Shown here: in pieces, positions 19,745-29,179 of the stretch | How positions within the stretch are numbered: position 1 is the first letter of the stretch | How the letters are laid out: the number at the start of each line of letters is the position of its first letter | Source of the DNA: an uncultured Verrucomicrobiota bacterium | GTDB taxonomy: Bacteria > Verrucomicrobiota > Verrucomicrobiia > Opitutales > UBA9783 | Length of the DNA stretch: 64,000 nucleotides | NCBI GenBank assembly: GCA_902495005.1 | Contig: CABUVL010000005.1 | Span: 21,131-85,130, forward strand | Direction: 5' to 3' | Notes under the pieces: model-generated | Seen by the model: only the letters and a program-made list of their open reading frames with translations | What the model was told of the DNA's origin: nothing | Databases searched by the model: none | Translations under genes and position numbers: made by a program

Positions 19745-20101
19745 TTACAAGCTCGTTTTAAAATCAAATTGGTATTTTGTAAAATCGTCGAAATCGTCAG
19801 AGTCGTTACGACGTAAAACTTGAAATTCAACGAGATGACGTACAATTTGTCCGACATCTTTGCATTGATAGAGACCCCAGGATTGCAGGACATCGAGGGC
19901 CATGCAACCAAAGGATTCCTGGGCAAAATCTTTAAATCCTTGAAGAAGATCTTTGGCGGAAATGTGTTGCGTCGGACTTACCTGCAAACGTTTTCCGGTA
20001 AAGCCCAGTGCATTGTAAACAAAGAGGTAGGCGCCGCGCTTGTAAGTGGGATATTTACTCCTTATGTTATCAATGACCGAAAGCAATTGAGGATTTTGCA
20101 T
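19745..20101 (-). CDS. Conserved hypothetical protein, resembles the PVC-group Minf_1886-like family
   Basis: 118 aa. The pattern HISAKDLLQGFKDFAQESFGCMALDVLQSWGLYQCKDVGQIVRHLVE matches my recollection of that family. The assignment is from memory only. Confidence 0.4.
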   Translation of the reverse strand: MQNPQLLSVIDNIRSKYPTYKRGAYLFVYNALGFTGKRLQVSPTQHISAKDLLQGFKDFAQESFGCMALDVLQSWGLYQCKDVGQIVRHLVEFQVLRRNDSDDFDDFTKYQFDFKTSL

Positions 20102-20247
20102 ATTACCCTAACTAACTTATTTATAATGCTTAAGGCAAGATTAATTGCATTAAATGGTCACCGGTGTGAAGACGTTAGCGTCTGCCTGTAAGCCGAAGGT
20201 CATAGCGTCGTCCCACTTACCATAATTGACTGCTAATCAAAAGATTT

Positions 20248-21957
20248 ATGAATAAAAAGCTTGCGTTATGCTTGAGGGACGGTATCATAAGTACATGGAC
20301 ATTAACGGCTCAACGGCTCAACGGCTCAACGGCTATAATAAGGCATAATGCCCTTTTAGGCTCTCTTTTATTTTATTTGTTTGGATGGATTTCCAGCTAC
20401 GCTTATACGCCTCCGTTTAAGTATAACACATTTTCCTTACTTAATACAACCTACATTCGTGATGGCACTACGTGGCGAGACTCCTTTTATTCAGCTTTAG
20501 GAAGTTGGGAGAAGTGCTTTCAAAGTTATCGACCCGGTTTTATGCTTGATTCTGATGGCACTTTATATGCCGTGTACTCAGATTGGGCAGGTGGTTTTGG
20601 AGGTAAAACTTATTATGTTATGAAACGAGGAGTCCCTAAGGAAGTCGGTGGTTATAATAGTAGCACTGATGTTTGCTCGGGTTTTTATTTTGATGTCGAT
20701 GAACTGCTAGGTTGTAAGGGTACTTGGACTACTGAAGTGAATTTTCGGAATGACACCGAGAAACAAAATTTTCAAAATTGCGCCTGGTTGACTTTAACGC
20801 CGCAGATTGCTCAACCTAGTGGTTCATCCTCTTATATACACACTATGATTTATATTTTGCCTCGCTGTTATTGGGATGCATCTAGTAGCGAAACCAAGGG
20901 ACGTTTCTTATGGTGCAGAATTAATAAAAGTAATATGACCATTCAATGGTCGGAAAGTTTTACTGAAGAGAAATATGGAAATGCAATGTCTTTCGGTGGC
21001 TTTCCAAAAATTGGGACAGTGAACAGTAGGCCTTCTCATTTAGCTTATTTGAATGGAAATCAACTCGATTGGTATTGGATAAATATGCAAGGCAATTACA
21101 ATATGTTGTGTAGAGGACGGATTAACGTTGCGGCGAGTCAGACAGCCTTTGTTGAAAGTTTTAAGACCTTACATGGTCAGGATGAAAACTGTTCTTTGGA
21201 GAAAGTAATGAAGGTTGATGGCCAAGTTTACCTTCTCGTAATTAGCTTAATTTGGGGTACAGATCGACAGTTGTTTATCTATAAAATAAATTCAGCAGGA
21301 AGTTTTGAATCTTCTTTTGGTAGTGAGTATTTCCTCGACTGTAGCCAAAAAAGAGAATTCGGAAGTGGATGCCCTTTACAGGTAGGTGCATCATCTATTT
21401 ACCATGCGGATATGAATATAGTTGATGGGATTTATTTGGTGATGAAATTCGAATATGGTGATGACATTAATCTTTATCACCTTGGGACTTCTAAGTCTTA
21501 TTGGAATGCCAATTACTTATCATGGAGTATAAATAGATTGGTATTACTTATAAGTTCAAATGATGGTACAAATAGTGACAATTGGTATGTACACCCTGAA
21601 AATATCATTTATGTAACAAATGAAATTGTATGTTCAGACGCATTGTGTAAAAATACACACAAGTTTGTAGTTTACAAAGATTACATTATCTACGCGTACT
21701 GTTATCCCGGTAAATCTAAACAACTTATTTTGGGAGCGGCGAGGTATTATATCGATAAAGATAAGCATCTTCATTTGATGACAAAGACGGAATTTCGAGA
21801 CAAGGATGGCAACAGCTTTGGAACATTGACGAATTGTGATAGACTCGTTTTTATGGATATTAAGAATGGTCACTTGTGGCTTGCGTGGATGGCAAGCTAT
21901 CTGGAAGTGTATTATATGTACGTCAACGCCCAAGATGTTATCGACGCAAGTGTGTAA
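20248..21957 (+). CDS. Cys-rich secreted hypothetical protein, paralogue A of a two-member family in this window
   Basis: 569 aa. A hydrophobic h-region LLGSLLFYLFGWISSYA is followed by YTPPF. It is full-length collinear with the 54095-55735 product, and the last ~100 aa are roughly 70 percent identical by hand alignment. GC content is lower than in neighbouring core genes, by eye. Confidence 0.75.
   Translation: MNKKLALCLRDGIISTWTLTAQRLNGSTAIIRHNALLGSLLFYLFGWISSYAYTPPFKYNTFSLLNTTYIRDGTTWRDSFYSALGSWEKCFQSYRPGFMLDSDGTLYAVYSDWAGGFGGKTYYVMKRGVPKEVGGYNSSTDVCSGFYFDVDELLGCKGTWTTEVNFRNDTEKQNFQNCAWLTLTPQIAQPSGSSSYIHTMIYILPRCYWDASSSETKGRFLWCRINKSNMTIQWSESFTEEKYGNAMSFGGFPKIGTVNSRPSHLAYLNGNQLDWYWINMQGNYNMLCRGRINVAASQTAFVESFKTLHGQDENCSLEKVMKVDGQVYLLVISLIWGTDRQLFIYKINSAGSFESSFGSEYFLDCSQKREFGSGCPLQVGASSIYHADMNIVDGIYLVMKFEYGDDINLYHLGTSKSYWNANYLSWSINRLVLLISSNDGTNSDNWYVHPENIIYVTNEIVCSDALCKNTHKFVVYKDYIIYAYCYPGKSKQLILGAARYYIDKDKHLHLMTKTEFRDKDGNSFGTLTNCDRLVFMDIKNGHLWLAWMASYLEVYYMYVNAQDVIDASV
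20304..20334 (+). repeat. Tandem 8-bp repeat AACGGCTC x3.9 inside the 5' end of paralogue A
   Basis: Read directly: aacggctc aacggctc aacggctc aacggct. The unit length is not a multiple of 3. It lies between the ATG (20248) and the signal-peptide-like segment. Confidence 0.95.
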
Positions 21958-22196
21958 AGGAAATGCCCGGCATTGAAATCTAGGCTGCATATTGGGCATC
22001 TTCTGCAGTAGAGGGAGATGTAAAAGATCATTATATTTTCGGTATATAAGGTGCTGTAAGTGAGTGAATTTAGGTTGTACTCCTAGCGAATCATGATCTG
22101 GTAAAAATTCGGCGGCCCATTTGTTGTGGATTTTCTCAGATGTCATGAACCAAAAATATAATCAAATGCGAAGGCCCATGGATGTAAAACTTTAAA

Positions 22197-22430
22197 TCAT
22201 AATGCAAGATTGGGAAATTGCTCTTGTTGAATATCTTGTTCATCAATTGATTGATGAGCTAATAAGTGGGTATGAGTGGAGCTTGGAAACACAGTCACGC
22301 CTAGTTGGGAGAGGTGATGAAAACGTAGCTCTCTTTTGGTTATCAATGAATCTTTTGCATTTTCTGTTGTTAAGGAATTGAGCAATGTGGAAAATGTTTT
22401 CGCACTTCTGCCTTCATTATTGAAAGACAT
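22197..22430 (-). CDS. Hypothetical small ORF downstream of the lipase-like gene
   Basis: 77-aa ORF on the same strand as the lipase gene, separated from it by a hairpin. No recognisable motif, so coding status is uncertain. Confidence 0.25.
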   Translation of the reverse strand: MSFNNEGRSAKTFSTLLNSLTTENAKDSLITKRELRFHHLSQLGVTVFPSSTHTHLLAHQSIDEQDIQQEQFPNLAL

Positions 22431-22441
22431 GTCAACAATAG

Positions 22442-22477
22442 ACGACGGTATGACCAGGGTCAGGGTTATACCGTCGT
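22442..22477. other. Perfect 10-bp inverted repeat (ACGACGGTAT / ATACCGTCGT) with a 16-nt loop
   Basis: Read directly. It sits 18 nt downstream of the lipase-like stop on the minus strand. On the plus strand it is followed by TTTT. It may be a terminator or attenuator. Confidence 0.4.
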
Positions 22478-22494
22478 TTTAGTGAATAAGAATG

Positions 22495-24348
22495 CTATTG
22501 GTTGATAAAATATTCTTTCTTTGTGTAATAAGTGTCGGCCCGTTCAACACAGGTTTGCAGATCGTAAGATGGGAGATTTACTTGAAAAAATGAGTCCAAC
22601 TCAGCCTTTTCTTTTCCATCTTTACCTAAATAAAGGTTGACTGCATAGCTGCCGAAGTGTTGGGAGGAAACAAATGGAATCAGGCCTCCACTGCTTTTAA
22701 TAGCCTTTATCAAATATTTTGTGGCTTTAAGTGAGTGATAACGCATTTTTGTTTCCTTGAAGAACTTGCTTTGTCGGTGTGCATAAAAATATTCTTCTTG
22801 TGCTTGAGTTAAGAGCTGATTGATACGTCCGGAAAGTTTACTGTCGTTCAGTAATTGTTGAAAAGTGGAACGCTCTCTATTTAATTGCTTAAGGTAGGCC
22901 TCCTTATTCTCCACGACATATTGCCCCTTGTTAACGTCACTGATAAAGTTATCAATCGTGTTTATGTTCAATGCGTAATATTTTCGCAAGAGGTCGACCG
23001 TATCTTCAAAGGCCCAATGGGTTAATGTTTCATAACCGTAATCGCAATTACAAATTAACTTGGCGATGTTGATGTAAGCTTTGTCAAAAAACGTGGCAAC
23101 GCCATTGACGATAATTTTTGCAATCTTCAGAAAGACAATTTTGCTTGGATCTTTTTCAATGTTGTGCCCGAGAGGTAAGTTGGTGACAATGTCCATAACG
23201 CTGCTGTACCCGAGCATATTGTTTACGCCGATGACATTTTCATACACTTCCCGCGTGTACGTATTTCCCCACGCCCGTGTGGGTGAAAAAAAGATACCGT
23301 AGGTCAAGTTGAAGATTTTGTTGTCAAAATTTGGACCGTACAAGTATTCGCCGATTTGAGTCGTTATGTCGGCAATTGTTATTTGGGCTATGCCGCCGCC
23401 TTGGCTGTGTCCCGTGCAATACACTTGAAAGGTACACTTGCGTGCATTATCAACAAAGTCTTTCAATGCTTGGCCGCTTAAAGCTTGCACTCCTTTAGAC
23501 TGCTCGGAAAGAATTTTGAAAGAATCTTGCTTTAATTCTTTGATGAGTAATTTTTGTATTTTTCTGTGGAGAGAGGGGCGAAAAGATAAAAATTTATTAC
23601 AATACCCCTGATGAAAACAAAGCGCTTCCTTGCCTTCAGATAAAAATTTATTGGGGATGCCAAGCTCGCTGGCTTGAATGCTCTTGTGGGCGCCATCAAA
23701 GTTACTGAACCAACTGGCACCGGCATTGCCTTGCAAGGGTTGAAATTTTTCACCTTGTGAACCTCGTAATGTGACAAAAATGTCAATGTGCTTCCAACCA
23801 TTGGCTTCGGGGGTTATTTTATAAGCTAAAAAGCCAGGGTAATCAATTTCAGTGTTTTTCCCTGCCCCTTGTTGTCCTACGAAGGGGGACATTGATATAA
23901 TCCCCGTGTTCTTTAACCATTCTGTTTCCGGAGAAGTCCTTCCGTCGATATCCCCGAGCTCGTTGTACGTGTATTGTCCTGCACTGGTCCGTTTTGTATT
24001 GGCGTAAGCGTTGGCATTTAAATAGGCCAAAACAAAACATTTATCCGCTGTTAATTCAGAATTTACAATGCGTTTTCCCGTTTCTTGACGGATCAGCGGC
24101 TTTGTTGATGTTAACGCCGATTTCTGCAGAATGAATGCAGACGTCCCATCTAGGCTTTCATTAAACGACGCGTTTTCTACTTTGGTGGGCTGATCGGCAA
24201 ATAATTTGTCAGGGGTGTCGTCGAAAAATACGTCTTGAGCGTCCCATGGGGTTTCAGTTGCCAGTATTGTCTCATTTGGGAAGGCAAGGTTTATGAGCAC
24301 AAGGGCGGTACTTAATTTTGTCAGCTTTTTATGAAATACTTTCATCAT
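22495..24348 (-). CDS. Secreted alpha/beta-hydrolase, lipase (class 3-like)
   Basis: 617 aa with an N-terminal signal-like segment (KLTKLSTALVLINLAFPNETILA) and a nucleophile elbow in VYCTGHSQGGGIAQI. The C-terminal ~200 aa have no recognised motif. Confidence 0.6.
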   Translation of the reverse strand: MMKVFHKKLTKLSTALVLINLAFPNETILATETPWDAQDVFFDDTPDKLFADQPTKVENASFNESLDGTSAFILQKSALTSTKPLIRQETGKRIVNSELTADKCFVLAYLNANAYANTKRTSAGQYTYNELGDIDGRTSPETEWLKNTGIISMSPFVGQQGAGKNTEIDYPGFLAYKITPEANGWKHIDIFVTLRGSQGEKFQPLQGNAGASWFSNFDGAHKSIQASELGIPNKFLSEGKEALCFHQGYCNKFLSFRPSLHRKIQKLLIKELKQDSFKILSEQSKGVQALSGQALKDFVDNARKCTFQVYCTGHSQGGGIAQITIADITTQIGEYLYGPNFDNKIFNLTYGIFFSPTRAWGNTYTREVYENVIGVNNMLGYSSVMDIVTNLPLGHNIEKDPSKIVFLKIAKIIVNGVATFFDKAYINIAKLICNCDYGYETLTHWAFEDTVDLLRKYYALNINTIDNFISDVNKGQYVVENKEAYLKQLNRERSTFQQLLNDSKLSGRINQLLTQAQEEYFYAHRQSKFFKETKMRYHSLKATKYLIKAIKSSGGLIPFVSSQHFGSYAVNLYLGKDGKEKAELDSFFQVNLPSYDLQTCVERADTYYTKKEYFINQ

Positions 24349-24450
24349 TGATCACGATCGTTTAAGAATAACAAATATATGAGCATAATTCATGCCAACT
24401 GATGGAAGTGAAAAAATGTTTAAGCTTTACATCGAATCTTGATCCGTGCA

Positions 24451-25365
24451 ATGCTAGCCAAGACGATGCATACGACAGATTATTTGCTTATAGATGGCAC
24501 AAATTTAGCTTTTCGTTGTTTTTATGGCGTCAAGCAATTATCCAGTGACGACGTTCCGATAAACGCAATTTATGGTTTTGTAAATGCGCTGTGGGCCTTG
24601 GAGAAATTAGTAAAATTTAAGGACTGGTGGGTGTTTTTTGACTGCAGCCGGTCGGCTCGTAGAACGCAAATTTTCCCCTTGTACAAGGCCAATCGCGCTG
24701 AAACGCCTGCATTGTTTAAACCGCAGTTACCTTACATTAAGCAGATCGTGAGCTGCTTGGGGGGACATTGTGTGGAAAAAATGGGAGTGGAAGCCGATGA
24801 TTTATTGGGGGCATTGGCGAAAAAAATTGTATCTTGCCAGTCGAACGCAATCATCGTCAGTGCGGACAAGGATCTCATGCAATGTGTGAACGTAAACGTG
24901 AGCCAATTAATCCCAGCACAGCAATCGTGGCAACTGTTGGATGTGAAAGGGGTCCATGCCAAACTGGGCCTTTGGCCGAACCAAGTGGTCGAATATTTGG
25001 CACTTATGGGCGACACGGTTGATAATTTTGAGGGGCTTCACGGGGTTGGGCCTAAAACCGCCGCTCGTTGGTTGCAGACCTATCAGTCCATCGAAGGCAT
25101 ATGGGCCCATCGAGAGGTAATTCAGCCGGTGAGATTTCGGACCATTTTGGAGCAGAATCAGGCGCTTATTTCACGAAATTTACAATTGGCACAATTGGAT
25201 TGTTCTGAAGAACTTGTGGCTGAGTACGATCTTTCTTCGCGTGTTATGACAGATTTTGACGCATTGGCCGACATCTTTCAATCATTACATTTGAATAGCC
25301 TTATAAAGCGAATGCAGGGAAGACAGACGTCTGTGGAGGCACAAGGTGAGTTCTCTTTTGATTAA
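24451..25365 (+). CDS. Stand-alone 5'-3' exonuclease (FEN/PolI N-terminal domain family)
   Basis: YLLIDGTNLAFRCFYG, YKANR, VSADKDLMQ and the H3TH motif HGVGPKTAARWLQTYQSIEGI. No polymerase domain follows. The start is ambiguous (TTG 24439, ATG 24451 or ATG 24466). Confidence 0.85.
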   Translation: MLAKTMHTTDYLLIDGTNLAFRCFYGVKQLSSDDVPINAIYGFVNALWALEKLVKFKDWWVFFDCSRSARRTQIFPLYKANRAETPALFKPQLPYIKQIVSCLGGHCVEKMGVEADDLLGALAKKIVSCQSNAIIVSADKDLMQCVNVNVSQLIPAQQSWQLLDVKGVHAKLGLWPNQVVEYLALMGDTVDNFEGLHGVGPKTAARWLQTYQSIEGIWAHREVIQPVRFRTILEQNQALISRNLQLAQLDCSEELVAEYDLSSRVMTDFDALADIFQSLHLNSLIKRMQGRQTSVEAQGEFSFD

Positions 25366-25737
25366 ATGCGCTCGTTCATTGGAAGTTGATCGATTTTGCG
25401 CCTTGAATTTAGCGGTTTCTGCCCTTTATTTATATGGGGGGTGCAAACGGATCTTTCTGCCCACCTTATGAGGCATGTGTTGTTATCTTGGGCAAAATAG
25501 TTTGTACCCTTAAAAATAATTATTCCGAATATGGAGCGGGTGAGTTACTCGCTGGTTAGATTGTACTTATATGTACAGTCGTGTGCCTCGTGTGTCTGGT
25601 GAAATTAAACGACTGTATATTAAGACATTATATGGTTTTGCAGGAGCCCGAGATTTTCATACCTTGGAAGCACAGAATGGAAGTTCAATTGAGTGAAAAA
25701 ATATCGGTTACGTTGATTTAAATGTATTTTGTCCATT

Positions 25738-27588
25738 CTAAGACTTGGAAATAATGCCTTGATCGATACAAAATTGTAATATTTCGCGGGCGACGGGCCC
25801 ACAAACGTGACTTCCCCAAAAGTTTTCTGTCAGGTCTTTTTGTTCGATCATGATGCAGAAAGCGATTTTGGGTGCTTGTACAGGTGCAAAGCCGATGAGC
25901 CATCCGATGTGAGCGTACGTGTGGGTGCCGGCAATTTTAACCTGTGAGGTCCCCGTTTTTACGGCCGACTTTAAGCCCTGAATGTACGCAAACCTTGAGG
26001 TCCCCGCTTCAACCGAACTTTCCATGCCTTTCAACAGCAATTGCCAATTTTTTTCTGGCATTAACGGCTTCGTCTTTGTTGGAGGGATAGGGGCGTCAAG
26101 GCATACATGCGGTGTTAAATTTTTTTGATTTTTTGCCAACGATGCGGCCACGCAAGCCATTTGTAAGGGTGTGATACGTAAAAATCCTTGTCCGATAGAA
26201 AAATTAGCCGTGTCGCCGTCTGTCCAAGACTCGTAAAGATGATTTTTTTTCCAAGTTTCGGAGGGCACCAGCGTGTTGCTTGTCTCGTAGGGTAAGTCGA
26301 TCTTTGTGGGGCTATTTAAACCAAATTCGCAGGCCTCTTGATAAATACGTGTGGGGCCACAGGCAAGTGCGAAGTGGTAGATAAAAGGGTTACAGCTGGT
26401 TTGAATGGCGCGGGTTACGTCGAGAAGACCGTGGCCTTGCCGGTTGTGACAGTGGAATGTTCTGTTCCCAATGAGGTAAGACCCTTCGCAGGTGAATTGA
26501 CTGTGTTCATTGACAACCCCTGACTTCATTAAAGCGGACAGGGAAATTAATTTGAACGTGGATCCTGGCGGGTAGAGTCCTTGAATGGCTCGGTTTAACC
26601 AAGCACCCTGTTCGGTGATTTCCTGAAAAGTCTTGCGTGAAATACTCGGTGTGAGTTGATTGAGGTCGAAGTCGGGTTTGCTGACGAGCGATAAGACGTC
26701 GCCGCTATTGACGTCCAATACAATGACGGAGCCTTGGCGATCTTTCAGAGCCTGTTCGCAAACTTGTTGTAAGTGAATGTCGAGTGTAAGATGGATGTCA
26801 TCCCCGTCTTTACTGGGGAGGGATATCAAGCAGTCTTGCTCTTGTCCCGAAGGGCTTACGCGCCAGATGTCGCCGCCGTTTAATCCGCTGAGTTGATCGT
26901 CGTAGTAGGCTTCGACGCCTGTTTTGCCCTTTTGCTTGGGTAAAAAGAAGGTCCGTAGGTCTTCTCCGGGCAAGTTGTCGTGCGTTAATTGAGGGGTACG
27001 TGTGACGTAACCGATGACGTGGCAGGCGCTTCGTCCATAGGGATAATGGCGGATTTTTTCAACACCTACTTGGAAAGGGCCGTCCACCGGCAAAGTTTCG
27101 AGTAAGCTGGCGTACGCTTGTTTTGTCAGGTGCTTCGAAATGGCAAGTGGGAGTAATGCATTTTGTTGATAATGTGTATAAATTGTTTTTTTTGAAATGT
27201 TGAATGGTATGGGGCCAACTTTTTTGGAATACGGCAGTAAAGCGTCGTGCACAAGGGCCCAGAGTTGTTCAGCTAGGGCACTGGAATCTTTGTTGGTCTT
27301 ACTAAAATTTGCGAGACGCGTTCGAAAGTAATTGAGGTCTACGTACAGACAGTACGAATCCTTATTATCCGCCAAGACATTCCCGAATCGATCGTAAATA
27401 CGGCCTCGTTGTCCGGGGTATAAAATTCGACGCAGGCACTGCCTTTGATTGAGCTTGTCGTAGAGGTTATAGCAAAAGTATTGTCGCCACAACACGGCCA
27501 ATGCGAGAAGTCCAAAGGCAACAACGACGACAAATCGTAAAAAATTCAAACGACCTATATTGGAACGCGATTTATCAAAGCAGATCAT
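25738..27588 (-). CDS. mrdA: Penicillin-binding protein 2 (elongation transpeptidase)
   Basis: N-terminal TM anchor, SxxK (PGSTFKL), SxN (TSCNPF) and KTG (VKTGTSQV) motifs. ATGA overlap with the folA stop at 27585-27588. Confidence 0.9.
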   Translation of the reverse strand: MICFDKSRSNIGRLNFLRFVVVVAFGLLALAVLWRQYFCYNLYDKLNQRQCLRRILYPGQRGRIYDRFGNVLADNKDSYCLYVDLNYFRTRLANFSKTNKDSSALAEQLWALVHDALLPYSKKVGPIPFNISKKTIYTHYQQNALLPLAISKHLTKQAYASLLETLPVDGPFQVGVEKIRHYPYGRSACHVIGYVTRTPQLTHDNLPGEDLRTFFLPKQKGKTGVEAYYDDQLSGLNGGDIWRVSPSGQEQDCLISLPSKDGDDIHLTLDIHLQQVCEQALKDRQGSVIVLDVNSGDVLSLVSKPDFDLNQLTPSISRKTFQEITEQGAWLNRAIQGLYPPGSTFKLISLSALMKSGVVNEHSQFTCEGSYLIGNRTFHCHNRQGHGLLDVTRAIQTSCNPFIYHFALACGPTRIYQEACEFGLNSPTKIDLPYETSNTLVPSETWKKNHLYESWTDGDTANFSIGQGFLRITPLQMACVAASLAKNQKNLTPHVCLDAPIPPTKTKPLMPEKNWQLLLKGMESSVEAGTSRFAYIQGLKSAVKTGTSQVKIAGTHTYAHIGWLIGFAPVQAPKIAFCIMIEQKDLTENFWGSHVCGPVAREILQFCIDQGIISKS

Positions 27589-28076
27589 TTAGACTGTAAG
27601 CATGTATCTACTTGATTATTAATCCAACGTTGAATTGTAAAGTCGATAGTGTCTTTAATCACTTCGCACATTGTAAAGGAGGACGGTATGTCTGGAAAAA
27701 ATGCATCGCCCTGAATCGTCTGTTTTACAACGGTGAGTAATAATTCTGAACACTTGGGCAATAGTGCCTTGTAAATGCTGGCACCTCCGCAGACCCAAAC
27801 CGTGTCGTTTATTCCTTCCAATGCTGACAGATCGTGGATGACAATGACGTTGTCGGTCACGGCTAATGCTTGATGTGTAAGGACATAATTCGTACGCTTG
27901 GGTAATGCCTTGCATCCCAGTGATTCGAAGGTCTTACGTCCCATGAGAATGGACTGATGAAGGGTTGTTTGCCTAAACCAATTCAATTCTTCCGGCAGAT
28001 GCCATGGAATTTGATTGTTGCAGCCAATGACACGATTGTACGCCATGGCCGCGATTGCTTTAAATGTGACTGGCAT
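27585..28076 (-). CDS. folA: Dihydrofolate reductase
   Basis: IAAMAYNRVIGCNNQIPWHLPEELNWFRQTT...MGRKTFESLG. 163 aa. Confidence 0.9.
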   Translation of the reverse strand: MPVTFKAIAAMAYNRVIGCNNQIPWHLPEELNWFRQTTLHQSILMGRKTFESLGCKALPKRTNYVLTHQALAVTDNVIVIHDLSALEGINDTVWVCGGASIYKALLPKCSELLLTVVKQTIQGDAFFPDIPSSFTMCEVIKDTIDFTIQRWINNQVDTCLQSK

Positions 28077-28079
28077 AAT

Positions 28080-28877
28080 TTAAACCGCGATGGGCGCCTT
28101 AATGCTGGGGTAGGGGTCATAGTTGTTAAGTTGGATGGAGTCGTATGTAAAGTCGTCAATCGATTGAATCTTTGGATCAAGTGTGAGTGTTGGCAAAGTC
28201 TTAGGTGTGCGTGACAATTGCTCTTTCACTTGTTCGACGTGATTGAGGTAAATGTGCGCATCGCCCAAGGTGTGAACAAATTTGCCCGGCTTGAGATGAC
28301 AGACTTGCGCAATCATGTACGTGAGCAAGGCGTAAGATGCGATGTTGAATGGTACCCCGAGAAATAAATCAGCACTGCGTTGGTACAATTGACAACTTAA
28401 TTGACCCGAGGTACTGACGTAAAATTGAAAAAATGCGTGACAGGGCGGTAATGCCATGTGCGGCAGATCGCCGACGTTCCAGGCAGAGACAATGTGCCGT
28501 CGGCCGAATGGATCTTTTTTGATACTTTCGATCACCGACTTGATTTGATCAACGTGCGTACCATTTGAACAAGCCCAATGACGCCATTGGGCTCCATACA
28601 CGGGACCCAAATTGCCTTCTTTATCGGCCCATTCGTTCCAAATTCGAACGCCGTTGTTTTGTAAAAAATGAACATTTGTGTCTCCTCTTAAAAACCACAA
28701 TAGTTCGTAGACGATGGACTTAAAATGTACCGACTTGGTGGTCAATAGCGGAAAACTCTTAGAGATGTCAATGTGCATTTGTGCGCCGAAAAAACTGATG
28801 GTGCCAACGCCTGTCCGATCTTTACGTTGTTCACCGTTATCCAGGACAAATTTTAGGAGGTCTAAGTATTGTTGCAT
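28080..28877 (-). CDS. thyA: Thymidylate synthase (ThyA type)
   Basis: [26 protein letters not shown], the active-site segment [12 protein letters not shown], and DAHIY. 265 aa. Confidence 0.95.
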   Translation of the reverse strand: MQQYLDLLKFVLDNGEQRKDRTGVGTISFFGAQMHIDISKSFPLLTTKSVHFKSIVYELLWFLRGDTNVHFLQNNGVRIWNEWADKEGNLGPVYGAQWRHWACSNGTHVDQIKSVIESIKKDPFGRRHIVSAWNVGDLPHMALPPCHAFFQFYVSTSGQLSCQLYQRSADLFLGVPFNIASYALLTYMIAQVCHLKPGKFVHTLGDAHIYLNHVEQVKEQLSRTPKTLPTLTLDPKIQSIDDFTYDSIQLNNYDPYPSIKAPIAV

Positions 28878-29179
28878 GTATTTTATTTTTGGTAGAAAGC
28901 GTCGATTGACAAGTTTAATTTATGCCCGTTTAGAAAGAGGTTAATAAAAACTGAAAATGATGGGTGTAAATTCCACCCGTAAGGTCGCTGGGTTAATTCT
29001 TAAAATTTCATGAAAATAAAACCGAGATTTGAGAACGAATGGGCATTTTTGGAGATAATGACCATCTCGTAATGCCTAGAATAGCTCTTTAGGCATTACA
29101 TTCTCACGCTTTGTCATCCTTGCCTCTTACCCAACTTTAAGTAACAAGCGTTGTGCCATACGCCGGGCACAATAAGCTC

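Noticed and set aside
21634-22146. 170-aa minus-strand ORF overlapping the 3' end of paralogue A; similarly 55553..55828 opposite paralogue B
   Set aside because: Both are antisense to the conserved C-terminal block. Their apparent conservation is explained by conservation of the sense strand, and their non-overlapping parts have no motif or plausible start context.
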